From positions 5,668 to 69,667 of the forward strand of contig CAZEJU010000005.1 of NCBI GenBank assembly GCA_964512695.1: a stretch of 64,000 nt of DNA. Reading direction: 5' to 3'. Positions 47,517 through 57,606 of the stretch are shown one piece after another (the first letter of the stretch is position 1; the number at the start of each line of letters is the position of its first letter). A program made the position numbers and the translations under genes. The stretch comes from an uncultured Gammaproteobacteria bacterium (GTDB lineage Bacteria; Patescibacteriota; Microgenomatia; Levybacterales; UBA12049). The notes beneath the pieces are model-generated. The model was not told the DNA's origin. It was given only the letters and a program-made list of their open reading frames with translations, and did no database searches.

Positions 47517-48725
47517 TTGGCTTTTACATATATGAATGTAACTCCAAAAAAAATTGTAGTTTTTGGCTTTATTGCTGTATTACTAGTTGGAATTCCTGTA
47601 TCCTTATATCTTTTACAACAACAACAAGAAACACGATCTCAAGCTGAAAAATCAACCACATTATCATTTTTACCTGAATCCACAACAACTACTCCTATTA
47701 AAAAAGCAGTAAACGATGAAATTACACTTGATGTTCAGGTTAATCCAGGTAAAAATGTTGTGTCTTTCGTAAAGCTTGAAATTCAATACGACGAAACAAA
47801 ATTAGCAACAGCTGCAGCAGATAGTTTTCGCGTAAATGAAACAGCCTTCCCCATAACCCTTGAAGGTCCAGCTTTTTCTCCAGGTAAAATAGCTGTAACA
47901 TTATCGATAGGTTCGGATCCAACCAAAGCTATACAAACTATTACCAGAGCAGCTACAATAAAATTAAAAGCAAAGGCAAACACAGGTAGCACGCCAACGA
48001 ATGTTATATTTGGAAATAATACAGAAATACTATCTATAGGAGAAACTGATCAAGCGCAGGAAAATGTTTTATTAAATGTTAATCCTGCGGTAATAGAAAT
48101 AGGAGGAACTGCACCTATTACACCTTCTGTATCCGTAACATTAGCACCAAGTGTAACAGTAGCACCTACTACCCCACCAGTACCTACATCGCCTCCTCCA
48201 GTCACCCAACCAACTGCTGTTCCATCACCAGGACCAACAACGATTAATCAACTTCCTATCTGTAGTACTCTTACTATCGATAGAGCGACAACAGGAGCTG
48301 CACCTTATTCTGTAACTTTTACAGCAACAGGAACTGATGCTGATGGTACAATTAGCAAAGTTACATTTAATTATGGTGATGGGCCTGTAGAACCTGTTTT
48401 AAGTACTGGAGGGATAGGAACAAATAGTGTTAGCGTTCAACGTTCTCACACATATAACAATGCTGGTACGTATCAAGCATCGGCAACTCTTACCGATAGT
48501 GCAAATGGGGTAAATGACCCCAGCACATGTAAAGTAACTATCATAGTACAAGGAGTACCTACGGGGACCGGTAGCGGGGGAACAACACCAGTATCAGGCT
48601 CAACTTCAACACCAAAACCTACAGTATCTATCGATAAGCCAGGTCCTGGAGATACAATACTTGGAGCAGGCGCTATTGCATTACTTATAACAGTTATCGG
48701 AGGCTTCCTATTCTTCGCCATGTAG
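47517..48725 (+). CDS. Exported protein with an N-terminal signal anchor (the same QQQQETRSQA motif family), a PT-rich linker, a PKD domain and a C-terminal hydrophobic anchor
   Basis: PKD-domain pattern VTFTATGTDADGTISKVTFNYGDGPVE...RSHTYNNAGTYQASATLTDSANG. C-terminal KPGPGDTILGAGAIALLITVIGGFLFFAM. Confidence 0.65.
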   Translation: MAFTYMNVTPKKIVVFGFIAVLLVGIPVSLYLLQQQQETRSQAEKSTTLSFLPESTTTTPIKKAVNDEITLDVQVNPGKNVVSFVKLEIQYDETKLATAAADSFRVNETAFPITLEGPAFSPGKIAVTLSIGSDPTKAIQTITRAATIKLKAKANTGSTPTNVIFGNNTEILSIGETDQAQENVLLNVNPAVIEIGGTAPITPSVSVTLAPSVTVAPTTPPVPTSPPPVTQPTAVPSPGPTTINQLPICSTLTIDRATTGAAPYSVTFTATGTDADGTISKVTFNYGDGPVEPVLSTGGIGTNSVSVQRSHTYNNAGTYQASATLTDSANGVNDPSTCKVTIIVQGVPTGTGSGGTTPVSGSTSTPKPTVSIDKPGPGDTILGAGAIALLITVIGGFLFFAM

Positions 48726-48795
48726 ACGAGAATTAATATATTCGTTGAGTGGTAACTTTTTCTATTGAAGGATCTTAGACTTAACTTCTTAAATG

Positions 48796-50523
48796 CTATT
48801 TCTCAATCATGGAGAACAAAGCTTCTTGAGGGAGACTAACTTTACCCGTAGCTATCATGCGTTTTTTTCCTTTTTTCTGTGCTTCAAGAAGTTTATCTTT
48901 ACGAGTTCTATCTCCACCACTCATTTTTGCAAGAACATCTTTTCTAAATGGAGGAATTTCTTCACGAGCTACTATATTATTATCTACAGTTGCCTGAATA
49001 ATCTGTCTAAATTGTTGTCGTGGTAATGATTCTTTCAATTTACCTGTTTTCTCCCGTGCGATATACAAAGCTTCGTCTTTATAGACGAGTTCTGAAAGAA
49101 CATCAATTGGATTTGTATTAATTAATATTTGAAGATATGTCAGATTTGCAGGTTTATAGTCGCTTAACTCATAATCAATACTTGCATACCCTGCAGAAAC
49201 TGATTTCAGATCTGAAGATAGACCTCTGATAAACATACTGTAAGGCATTTCATATGTGAGAACAGCATATGCCTCATGATACTGCATATCGGTTAACTCA
49301 CCCTTTTTCTTTTGACACACAGCCATAACTCCGCCGACGTAATCTCGTGGTACATAAACAGATAACATCATATAAGGTTCAAGCATTGTTTCATTTTCCT
49401 CTTTTTTATAGAGTACCTGTGGCATAGTAAGCAATAATTCCAGTCCAAACTCTTGTTCTAAACGTTCTTTAACAATCTCTGCATGGAGTAGTCCAAGAAA
49501 ACCTACTCTGAAACCACTACCTAAATATGCAGAATATTCTTCAGTGTATGTAAGCGCAGTATCATTTAACACTAACTTTCCGAGTGACTCCCGAAGTTTA
49601 GGAAAGTCGTCTTGGTTTTTAGGATAGATTCCAAAAAAGACCATCGGTTTAGGAGTTGTATAACCTGGTAGTGGTTCTACCATTTCTCCCACTTTCATTA
49701 CAGTGTCCCCGACGCGACACTGTCTAATATCCTTAATACCTGTAATAATATAGCCGATTTCACCAGCTGCGAGTTCTTTAGCAGGCGTCAAAAATGGAGA
49801 GAAATATCCCACTTCCGTAACAATAGTTTTTACACCACTCTGAAATAACGTTACCTCATCACCAGTTTTAACTGAACCGTCCATAACGCGAACATACGTA
49901 ACAACCCCTCGATACTCATCATAAACAGCATCGAATATTAATGAGCGTAACTGTTTAGCTTCATTTCCGACGGGAGGAGGAATCTTTTTTATAACGTGTT
50001 GCAGTAACGTTTCGACATTTTCACCAGTTTTTGCGGAAATAGTAAGAATTTCTTCTGGCTGAAATCCAAATGATTCAATAAGCTCTTTCATAACCACTTC
50101 AGTCTGTGCATTAGGCAAATCAATTTTATTTAATACTGGAATTAACCGTAAATCTTCTTTCTTAGCGGCATAAAAATGCGCAACCGTTTGGGCTTGAATT
50201 CCTTGAGTAGCATCTACTAGAAGAACTGCGCCTTCACACGCAGCTAATGTACGAGAGACTTCATACGAAAAATCAACATGCCCTGGAGTATCTATTAAAT
50301 GTAACTCATATGTAACCCCTTCATATTCATAGCTCATGCGGACAGGTGCTAATTTTATCGTAATTCCTCTCTCCCTACTTATAGGATTTTGATCGAGAAA
50401 TTGTTCCTGCATTTTATCTTTAGAAATTGTTTTTGTAATCTCTAATAATCTGTCAGAAAGCGTAGATTTTCCATGATCTATATGTGCAATAATCGCAAAA
50501 TTTCTAATATGTTCTTGATTCAT
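48796..50523 (-). CDS. lepA: Elongation factor 4 (LepA)
   Basis: IRNFAIIAHIDHGKSTL G-domain motifs and a LepA-type C-terminal domain. 575 aa. Confidence 0.9.
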   Translation of the reverse strand: MNQEHIRNFAIIAHIDHGKSTLSDRLLEITKTISKDKMQEQFLDQNPISRERGITIKLAPVRMSYEYEGVTYELHLIDTPGHVDFSYEVSRTLAACEGAVLLVDATQGIQAQTVAHFYAAKKEDLRLIPVLNKIDLPNAQTEVVMKELIESFGFQPEEILTISAKTGENVETLLQHVIKKIPPPVGNEAKQLRSLIFDAVYDEYRGVVTYVRVMDGSVKTGDEVTLFQSGVKTIVTEVGYFSPFLTPAKELAAGEIGYIITGIKDIRQCRVGDTVMKVGEMVEPLPGYTTPKPMVFFGIYPKNQDDFPKLRESLGKLVLNDTALTYTEEYSAYLGSGFRVGFLGLLHAEIVKERLEQEFGLELLLTMPQVLYKKEENETMLEPYMMLSVYVPRDYVGGVMAVCQKKKGELTDMQYHEAYAVLTYEMPYSMFIRGLSSDLKSVSAGYASIDYELSDYKPANLTYLQILINTNPIDVLSELVYKDEALYIAREKTGKLKESLPRQQFRQIIQATVDNNIVAREEIPPFRKDVLAKMSGGDRTRKDKLLEAQKKGKKRMIATGKVSLPQEALFSMIEK

Positions 50524-50597
50524 ATGCTGTTAATTGTATACTACCAGCCTTTCGTTTTGCAAAAATGTGATATGCGAAGTTATCTAAAAAATCTGAA

Positions 50598-52442
50598 TTA
50601 CTTAGGCACACACTGAAGATTCACGAGTTGGAGAGCTTTGCTTGAACTTGATACAGAAGGCTGCCTACATTCATACGCACTGCCTACAGGACCTGGAGGA
50701 ACATTCGTAGGAACAATTGGTTGTTGGTCTTCTCCGTCATGGATACCTATGGAAAGTGTCTGCTCATTTTGGTCTTCTGTAATCTCAAAAGGATCTGATA
50801 AAGCAGCCACTTTACCGCCTATCCGGACAATAATTCTATAATGACCAGGTACAATAATTAAATAACAATATCCATCACTACTTGTCGTTGCTGTAGGGGA
50901 ATACATCCTTTTTGGAAATATAGTGAACTCGGCACCCGATACACCTTTTTCACCTGCGTCGGCTTGTCCATTTTTATTAGCATCAGAAAAAACGAAACAT
51001 CGAAACCGAACTACAAGCCGACGTGGACGTTGGGTAGGTGTAGGAGGAATCTGGGTTACCGTCGCTGTAGGCTGAGGGGTAACTGTTAGCGTCGCTGAAG
51101 GCCTTGGAGTCAATGTCGGAGTGCTACCAGGCGGAGGCGTAGTTGTAGCTGTCGGTACAGGTGTGTTAGTAACAGTCACACCTCCACAAGCAGGATCATC
51201 TAATATTTTTTTCATATTTAAACGCTTTCCGCCTAAAGAAGTATCTATAGGATCTCCATTACGCACAAGACAATCTAGAACCTGATCTGGTGTTAATGAT
51301 TTCTGTGAGAGTAATAAGGCCACAGCCCCCGCTACATGCGGAGATGCCATAGATGTTCCTTGCAGGCTTTTATATCCTCCTCCCTTATACGTAGACACTA
51401 TAGTAGTACCTGGAGCCCCGATCTCTACTTTAGATCCATAGTTAGAAAATGATGCTCTCCTGTCATTCTGATCTGTAGCACCTACAGTAATAACTCCATT
51501 ACATGAAGCAGGTGTAAATGCACCAGCATCTGTCCCATCATTCCCCGCAGCTACAACAACTACTGTCCCCTGGCTACGAGCATAATTTACAGCATTTTGA
51601 TAAACGGACGCACACGGACCCCGTCCTCCCAAACTCATGTTTATTACTTTTGCACCATTTTTTGCAGCCCACTCAATACCTCTACTAATACCCGATGAAG
51701 GACCAGAACCATTATCTCCCAATACTTGAACAGCCATTAACCTAACATCCCAATTAATACCGCTTACCCCAGTAGAATTATTTGTCAAAGCACCAACTGT
51801 ACCTGAGACATGTGTCCCATGTCCTTGTCTGTCAATAGGATCTCCGTCAGCAGATGTGAAATCCGGACCTTTTATAATGTCCCTTGGTAAATCTGGATGA
51901 TTATAATCTACTCCAGTATCTAATATTGCCGCTATAATAGCTTTTCCACCAGTAGTTTTATCCCAAGCTTCCTCTAAACCAATTTTTTTATAATGCCACT
52001 GTTGTGCATAATATTGATCATTCGGCAACTTCGTAGCCTTAACTATTACATCTACCTCGACAGATTTAATTTCTTCATAGTCTATTATTATATTTCCAAC
52101 TTTCTCTAAATCTGTTCCTTTTTTAAATTCTAAAATATAGAAATTTTTTAATTGTGCGTCATCGCCATTGAATAATTTTTTATGTCCAATAACTCCTATA
52201 TTATTAAATTTTTGTTTTATTACTTCTGGACTCTTACCTTCTACAAATTCTACAAGGAGTCTGTCAGAGACATACTCTACTCCCTCAGCGATAAAAAAAG
52301 TTTTTCTGGGTACTTTCTTTCCTGTCTGTGCCAATGAAGTTACTAATAACACTAAAATACTAAAAGCTACCAATATGAATATAATTATCCACTTTTTATT
52401 TAAAGTCTGCAGTTTAGACATATCTATTTCATTGTTACACAT
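50598..52442 (-). CDS. Subtilisin-like serine protease (peptidase S8) with an N-terminal anchor/signal, an I9 propeptide and a C-terminal PT-linker plus extension domain
   Basis: Catalytic triad motifs AILDTGVDYNHPDL (D), HGTHVSGTVGA (H) and GTSMASPHVAGAVAL (S). PT-rich linker TNTPVPTATTTPPPGSTPTLTPRPS. Confidence 0.85.
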   Translation of the reverse strand: MCNNEIDMSKLQTLNKKWIIIFILVAFSILVLLVTSLAQTGKKVPRKTFFIAEGVEYVSDRLLVEFVEGKSPEVIKQKFNNIGVIGHKKLFNGDDAQLKNFYILEFKKGTDLEKVGNIIIDYEEIKSVEVDVIVKATKLPNDQYYAQQWHYKKIGLEEAWDKTTGGKAIIAAILDTGVDYNHPDLPRDIIKGPDFTSADGDPIDRQGHGTHVSGTVGALTNNSTGVSGINWDVRLMAVQVLGDNGSGPSSGISRGIEWAAKNGAKVINMSLGGRGPCASVYQNAVNYARSQGTVVVVAAGNDGTDAGAFTPASCNGVITVGATDQNDRRASFSNYGSKVEIGAPGTTIVSTYKGGGYKSLQGTSMASPHVAGAVALLLSQKSLTPDQVLDCLVRNGDPIDTSLGGKRLNMKKILDDPACGGVTVTNTPVPTATTTPPPGSTPTLTPRPSATLTVTPQPTATVTQIPPTPTQRPRRLVVRFRCFVFSDANKNGQADAGEKGVSGAEFTIFPKRMYSPTATTSSDGYCYLIIVPGHYRIIVRIGGKVAALSDPFEITEDQNEQTLSIGIHDGEDQQPIVPTNVPPGPVGSAYECRQPSVSSSSKALQLVNLQCVPK

Positions 52443-52465
52443 GTATAAATGTTTTGTAAAGTTTG

Positions 52466-53944
52466 CTAGTTACGTGGTGTACAAATGAGATTAATCATCT
52501 GCAAAGCTTTCTTATTCGCCGTTCCTGGAGGCAAGATGCATTGATAACCAGGGTCACCCGGTAGCCCAACTACCGGTGTAAGCGTAGGAGTTGCTAAAGG
52601 AGTCGGAGTAGGAGTTGCTCTACTGACAGTACATGCGGAATCACTAACAAGTCTTTCTACGTTTAACCGTTTTCCGATTGGCTTATCTGTTGAAATAGAA
52701 TCTGCATTTCTTACTATGCAATCTTCTACTTGCTGTGGAGTAAGATACGGATTAAGAGAAAGTAATAATGCTGCTGCTCCTGTTACATGGGGAGCAGCCA
52801 TGGATGTTCCTTCCCACTCAAAATATTTTAACCCACCTAATGATCGTGATCTTGTCGAATAAGTCGAGTATATTTTTACTCCCGGTGCTGCTACGTCTAC
52901 GACAGAACCGAAATTAGAGAACGAAGCACGTTCATCAGATTGTGTACTCGCACCTACCGTTATGACATTATTACAATTAGCAGGCACCTGACCCGCTGCA
53001 TCTTCACCATCATTTCCTGCAGATACCACCACTATAACATTCTTTCGAATAGCATAATCAATCGCATCCTGAAAGAGACTTAAGCATCGTTCTTTGTACC
53101 CCAAACTTAAATTAAGTACTCGTGCGCCATTATCCACTGCATAATTCATTCCACGCGCCACTTCAAGCTTACTACCACTACCATTCCAGTAAAGGACCTG
53201 AACTGCCATCAAACGAATATTCCAATTCATTCCTGTTACTCCTTTACCATTATTTGCTACAGCACCTATGACACCTGCTAAGTGAGTACCATGACCGTTC
53301 TCGTCCATAGAGTCTCTATCCCCACTATTCCAGCTCGTATCTTCACCGTTAATTATGTCACTCGGTAGGTCTTCATGAGTATAATCTATTCCTGTATCCA
53401 GTACAGCAACTATGATATTCTTTGATCCAGTAGCTATATCCCATGCATCTTCCATTCCTATCTTTGACATATTCCATAAACGAGATCCATAAGAGGGATC
53501 GTTGGGAGATATATCTATTTTAATAACTGCATCGCCTTCTATAGTTTCTATCTCTTCCATTTTTTCAAGCTGCTTCCCAGCTTGTTCTAAAGTAACTCCT
53601 TTGGCTAAAAATAGCGCATAATAATTCTTCATAGGACCATCTATATCTTTATATACCCTCTCCTGTTTCTCGACTCCAGCATCAAGAAGCTTTTGAAGAA
53701 CACTTTTCTTTTTCGCAGTTTCCATGATATCGTCTGGACTATAACCTTCTTTAAAACGAACTAGTAGCCTATCAGGGATATATTTTGTACCCTGCTCAAG
53801 TTTCAAAAGCTTTTTATGGGAATTTTGATTTTTAGTATCAGAAGAAACAATCGTAGATACATAAATAACAAAACAAAAAATAAGAATTAAAAAAATAAAA
53901 AAGATTAACCGTTTTGATTGTAATAACTGCAATATTTGTTCCAT
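52466..53944 (-). CDS. Subtilisin-like serine protease (peptidase S8), tandem paralogue of the 50598..52442 gene
   Basis: AVLDTGIDYTHEDL, HGTHLAGVIGA, GTSMAAPHVTGAAAL. The C-terminal motif is shared with the paralogue (KALQ.(I/V)NL.C.P). Confidence 0.85.
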   Translation of the reverse strand: MEQILQLLQSKRLIFFIFLILIFCFVIYVSTIVSSDTKNQNSHKKLLKLEQGTKYIPDRLLVRFKEGYSPDDIMETAKKKSVLQKLLDAGVEKQERVYKDIDGPMKNYYALFLAKGVTLEQAGKQLEKMEEIETIEGDAVIKIDISPNDPSYGSRLWNMSKIGMEDAWDIATGSKNIIVAVLDTGIDYTHEDLPSDIINGEDTSWNSGDRDSMDENGHGTHLAGVIGAVANNGKGVTGMNWNIRLMAVQVLYWNGSGSKLEVARGMNYAVDNGARVLNLSLGYKERCLSLFQDAIDYAIRKNVIVVVSAGNDGEDAAGQVPANCNNVITVGASTQSDERASFSNFGSVVDVAAPGVKIYSTYSTRSRSLGGLKYFEWEGTSMAAPHVTGAAALLLSLNPYLTPQQVEDCIVRNADSISTDKPIGKRLNVERLVSDSACTVSRATPTPTPLATPTLTPVVGLPGDPGYQCILPPGTANKKALQMINLICTPRN

Positions 53945-53972
53945 GATATACCCATCAGCTTATTGCTTTCAA

Positions 53973-56900
53973 TTATTTAGTTGAAGTCGTTGGCACTGCC
54001 ATGGTTTGATTTTGTTGGACATTATTTTGGGAAACTGGAATCTGAACACTAGTAGAATCATTTTTTTCTATTTCTCCTAAAACAAATTTTCCAGCTTCTA
54101 ATTTAGATGTAAGATAAGCTTTTGTTTCCAAAAGACTAAACCCTCCTAAAAGAATCAAAGGTAGTACAGAAGACAATCTTTGTATTCCTGCATTTACATC
54201 ACTTTTATTTTCTGAACTTAAAAGACCGAGTATTTCATTTATTATATTTATATCTCCTAAAATCCATGTTTTTCTATCAACGCCAGTTGGAGGTTCATTT
54301 AGTTGATAATGTTCTATCCACTCTTTTTTTACAGCTTCATAATCTTCTATACTTACTTGTTGAAGCTGATTCGTCGAGGGGAGAAAGATATGCTCTGGGT
54401 TATTTATATCTTTTGTTTTTGCCATTTGTTCAGAAGCATGTAAGAGAGCATCTGCTGTCGAGTTTCCTTGGTTTTTATCCTGAATAAGTTTCTCATGTAC
54501 TTCTTTTATTTTTTCTTTTTGATTTTCTAAAACAGTCTGATCAGGTTCTGACAATGAAATAAGAATGTTTTTTAATTTTTCAAGTTCATTCTTCTCAGCA
54601 GTTTTTGATGTTACTGTTGCATAATCAAACCGTGCTATATCTCGCATTGACGGAATTGACATATTAATCATTGTTACATAGACGTTCTCAGGTGCTTTTT
54701 GAGGTTTTGAAGCAGCTAATGAATCAAGCGATGAAGATTCAATATCATCTTCTTCAGGTAAGTTTACTGCTTGTGCTTGAGCTTTTTCAGCATGTTGGGA
54801 ATTTGTGGAAGTTTTAACCGTAACTAATGTGTCTTCTTCTTCCTCCTTTACCCTTATTTCCTCAAGTACGGTTTTACCTGCTTCACTCTTTGCACGTAAA
54901 TACGCTACAATCTCATCTTTTGTGAATCCCCCGAGTAATAAGAAAGGTAAAATATTTCCAACCTGTTCCATTCCTTGTTCAATCTGTGCAGGATTATCCG
55001 AACTCAACAACGTCATAATCTCGTTAATTTGAGCAATATCTCCCTCGATCGTTTTCTTCTTGTTTAAAGAACTCTCTTCTTCCATATTCTTATAATTCTC
55101 TACCCACATCTTTTTAACTGCTTCATAATCTTCTAAACTGACTTGCTGTATTCTATTATTCTGCGGAAGTATAGTCGCTGAAGGAGTAATAATAGTTGCT
55201 TGTGCGGCAACTATTGTCAGCATATCGACAGCGAGTAAATCTCCTTTTTCCTTTGCTTCAACGAGTTTTTCTTTAATTGTTTGCATTTCTTGAGGCGTGG
55301 CTCTGTTTCCTGACACATCTAATATTCCTGAAAGTAGAAAACTAGCAAGTTGGCTTCCTTGTTTTTGAGCTTCAATTAATTTATCTTTTACCTTTGTGAA
55401 TCTGTCTTTCTCTTTAACCTCTGTTAGGATAGAAGGATTATCCAATTTCATTAAAGTCGTTTGTAAAGCACCCGTATCTACTTGAGTGATAGCCTTAGAT
55501 AAAATAGAGTTTGCAGCTTTATCGCCATTGAGACTTGCTTCTATTAATTTTTCTTTAATATCTCTTAACTGTTCACCTTTTAAGGTAGTTGTATCTTTAT
55601 TGGAAGAAAGCTCTTTTGTTGAAGAGAGAATCGTAGTCGCCAGTTCATTGCCTTGTTGACTTTCTTTTATAAGAACTTCTCTTAGTTCTTTTAATTTTTC
55701 TTTTTCTTGAGAAGACTCAACTTTTTCTGGATTAGCAATTTGTGTCAGAACATTATTAATTCCGCTATTGATCTGGTGATTCATGTTCATAATGTTAGAA
55801 TTTGAGGCTATATTAGCCGCGTGAAGAATGGAATTTGCTACATTATTACCCTGCTGACTAGTTTGAACTAATCTATCACGAATCTTCGTAATTCTCTCTC
55901 TGTCTAGGGTATTCGTAACAATTGTAGGATTTGCTACCTGGATCAAAGTCTCACGCATGCGGGTCACCTCAGATTGACTACGCGTATCGCTAGATCTACT
56001 TAATGTCTCATATTTAGCGATATCGCGAATTGTAGGAATAGAAAGGTTGGTCAAATTCAGCAGCTCATTATTTACAAAGTTTTGTCTTAACAAGTCTTGG
56101 TTTACCTGCTGAGTAGATGAATTAACATTCGCAATCGGAAGCTGCAAAGCTTGACCTGCACCTTTTGGAAGTTCAGGAATCGCATATTGTTTAAAAGGTA
56201 AACGCGCTGTTCCAGTAGGCTGAGATGGAGGACCCACAGGAGGAATTGCAGGAGGAGGTGTTACACGATTACGAACTATATTAAGTACCTGTTGCATTCC
56301 AGCTCCCTCAGTTGTGAAAAAAGACCAAGCATGATCAAGAAATATTCGTAATAATATCCATGGCACAAGAATAACCATCCATAACATTACTAATGCAACA
56401 AGATATAGAGCAAAAGTATCAGGGTTATTAATACTGTTATCGAGTGCTACTTGTTGCCCAGGCCCTCCTAGAAGAATGTTAATCGAAGTAGGGAATACGA
56501 TTCTTGATTGAGGACTATCCAGATTAAATTGCATAGGAATACGTGTTCTCCATAAAGCAACTAATCCGGCAAGGAAAATTGAAAAAAGTGGACCATATAA
56601 AAGCCACCGAAAGAATTCTCCTACCCAAATCTTCGCAGTATTACGTAATGGATAGTAGAACAATAAAAGAGGGAAAACAGGTGAAACAATAATAAAAAAC
56701 CATAAGATAACCTTTCGGATAATAAGGGTAATAACCATTGTGTAATATGTTAAAGCTGTTATTTTTACGAAAAGTAAAGACATAAAAGCAGATTCAGCAT
56801 TCATATCACCTGATTTTCGAAGACCGAAGAATGGACCATACTGCCAACCTACATACAATAAATCAGTCTGGGAAATACACGTAGGAGGACAAGAACGGTT

Positions 56901-57353
56901 AATATCACTACGAAGAAAAAATCCTTGAACAGCATCAAAACTTTGGTAAATAAATTGAACAAGACTAAAAGAAAAATATATCAATACAAAAACCCAAATA
57001 AAACGAGGTATTACCTTTTTAATCGTCAGACTTTTTCCCCGTGTAGCAATAAGGATAAACGCTGTAGCCATAACAAATAAAATCATAAGAATATAAATTA
57101 AATTTCTTATAAGTGCCCAGAAAGGAAGAATGGGATTTTGGAGTCCCGCTGTTGAAGACGCCCACTGATAATCTCGCAAGGTCCAGTCAAGTAACAAACC
57201 GGAACGAGCCGCATTTTTACCGGTAAAGGTAACTTCAGGATCTACGACCCAAGTATCATCAGGCACTGCTGGAGGTGTCTGCGCGAAAACCGTAAAAGCA
57301 GAAACTACAAAGAGAAAACATGATAAAAACAAAACAGGCAGGAACTTTCTCAT
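53973..57353 (-). CDS. Large (1126 aa) polytopic membrane protein: signal peptide, about 8 TM helices, then a long alpha-helical region built from duplicated modules of ~38-aa repeats
   Basis: N-terminal TM block of ~350 aa. Repeated (K/R)(E/D)KL(I/V)(E/Q)...QGN(E/N)(L/V)A..(I/L)L units. Two modules, each starting with (L/M)SIP..RDIA(K/R) and ending with QQVS(L/I)EDYEAVKK.W...(L/I)LLGGF. Confidence 0.6.
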   Translation of the reverse strand: MRKFLPVLFLSCFLFVVSAFTVFAQTPPAVPDDTWVVDPEVTFTGKNAARSGLLLDWTLRDYQWASSTAGLQNPILPFWALIRNLIYILMILFVMATAFILIATRGKSLTIKKVIPRFIWVFVLIYFSFSLVQFIYQSFDAVQGFFLRSDINRSCPPTCISQTDLLYVGWQYGPFFGLRKSGDMNAESAFMSLLFVKITALTYYTMVITLIIRKVILWFFIIVSPVFPLLLFYYPLRNTAKIWVGEFFRWLLYGPLFSIFLAGLVALWRTRIPMQFNLDSPQSRIVFPTSINILLGGPGQQVALDNSINNPDTFALYLVALVMLWMVILVPWILLRIFLDHAWSFFTTEGAGMQQVLNIVRNRVTPPPAIPPVGPPSQPTGTARLPFKQYAIPELPKGAGQALQLPIANVNSSTQQVNQDLLRQNFVNNELLNLTNLSIPTIRDIAKYETLSRSSDTRSQSEVTRMRETLIQVANPTIVTNTLDRERITKIRDRLVQTSQQGNNVANSILHAANIASNSNIMNMNHQINSGINNVLTQIANPEKVESSQEKEKLKELREVLIKESQQGNELATTILSSTKELSSNKDTTTLKGEQLRDIKEKLIEASLNGDKAANSILSKAITQVDTGALQTTLMKLDNPSILTEVKEKDRFTKVKDKLIEAQKQGSQLASFLLSGILDVSGNRATPQEMQTIKEKLVEAKEKGDLLAVDMLTIVAAQATIITPSATILPQNNRIQQVSLEDYEAVKKMWVENYKNMEEESSLNKKKTIEGDIAQINEIMTLLSSDNPAQIEQGMEQVGNILPFLLLGGFTKDEIVAYLRAKSEAGKTVLEEIRVKEEEEDTLVTVKTSTNSQHAEKAQAQAVNLPEEDDIESSSLDSLAASKPQKAPENVYVTMINMSIPSMRDIARFDYATVTSKTAEKNELEKLKNILISLSEPDQTVLENQKEKIKEVHEKLIQDKNQGNSTADALLHASEQMAKTKDINNPEHIFLPSTNQLQQVSIEDYEAVKKEWIEHYQLNEPPTGVDRKTWILGDINIINEILGLLSSENKSDVNAGIQRLSSVLPLILLGGFSLLETKAYLTSKLEAGKFVLGEIEKNDSTSVQIPVSQNNVQQNQTMAVPTTSTK

Positions 57354-57606
57354 AAAAAGAAGTTATATATCAATTAAAGGTGATATGAGAAGTATTGTCA
57401 AATAAATTTTGCTACACATGAGTCGCATTACTACTAATTATCGTACAGTTGATTTATAATTTAATGAATGAACAATACAGTACATATTATATCCTCTTTA
57501 GCTAAAGAAGTCGGACAATTGTTACTGCTGAAAGTAAAGCAAATGTATACCACATAATTAATTAGTATAACAAAGTTGAGGCTATAGATGTGGTATAATC
57601 ATCATT

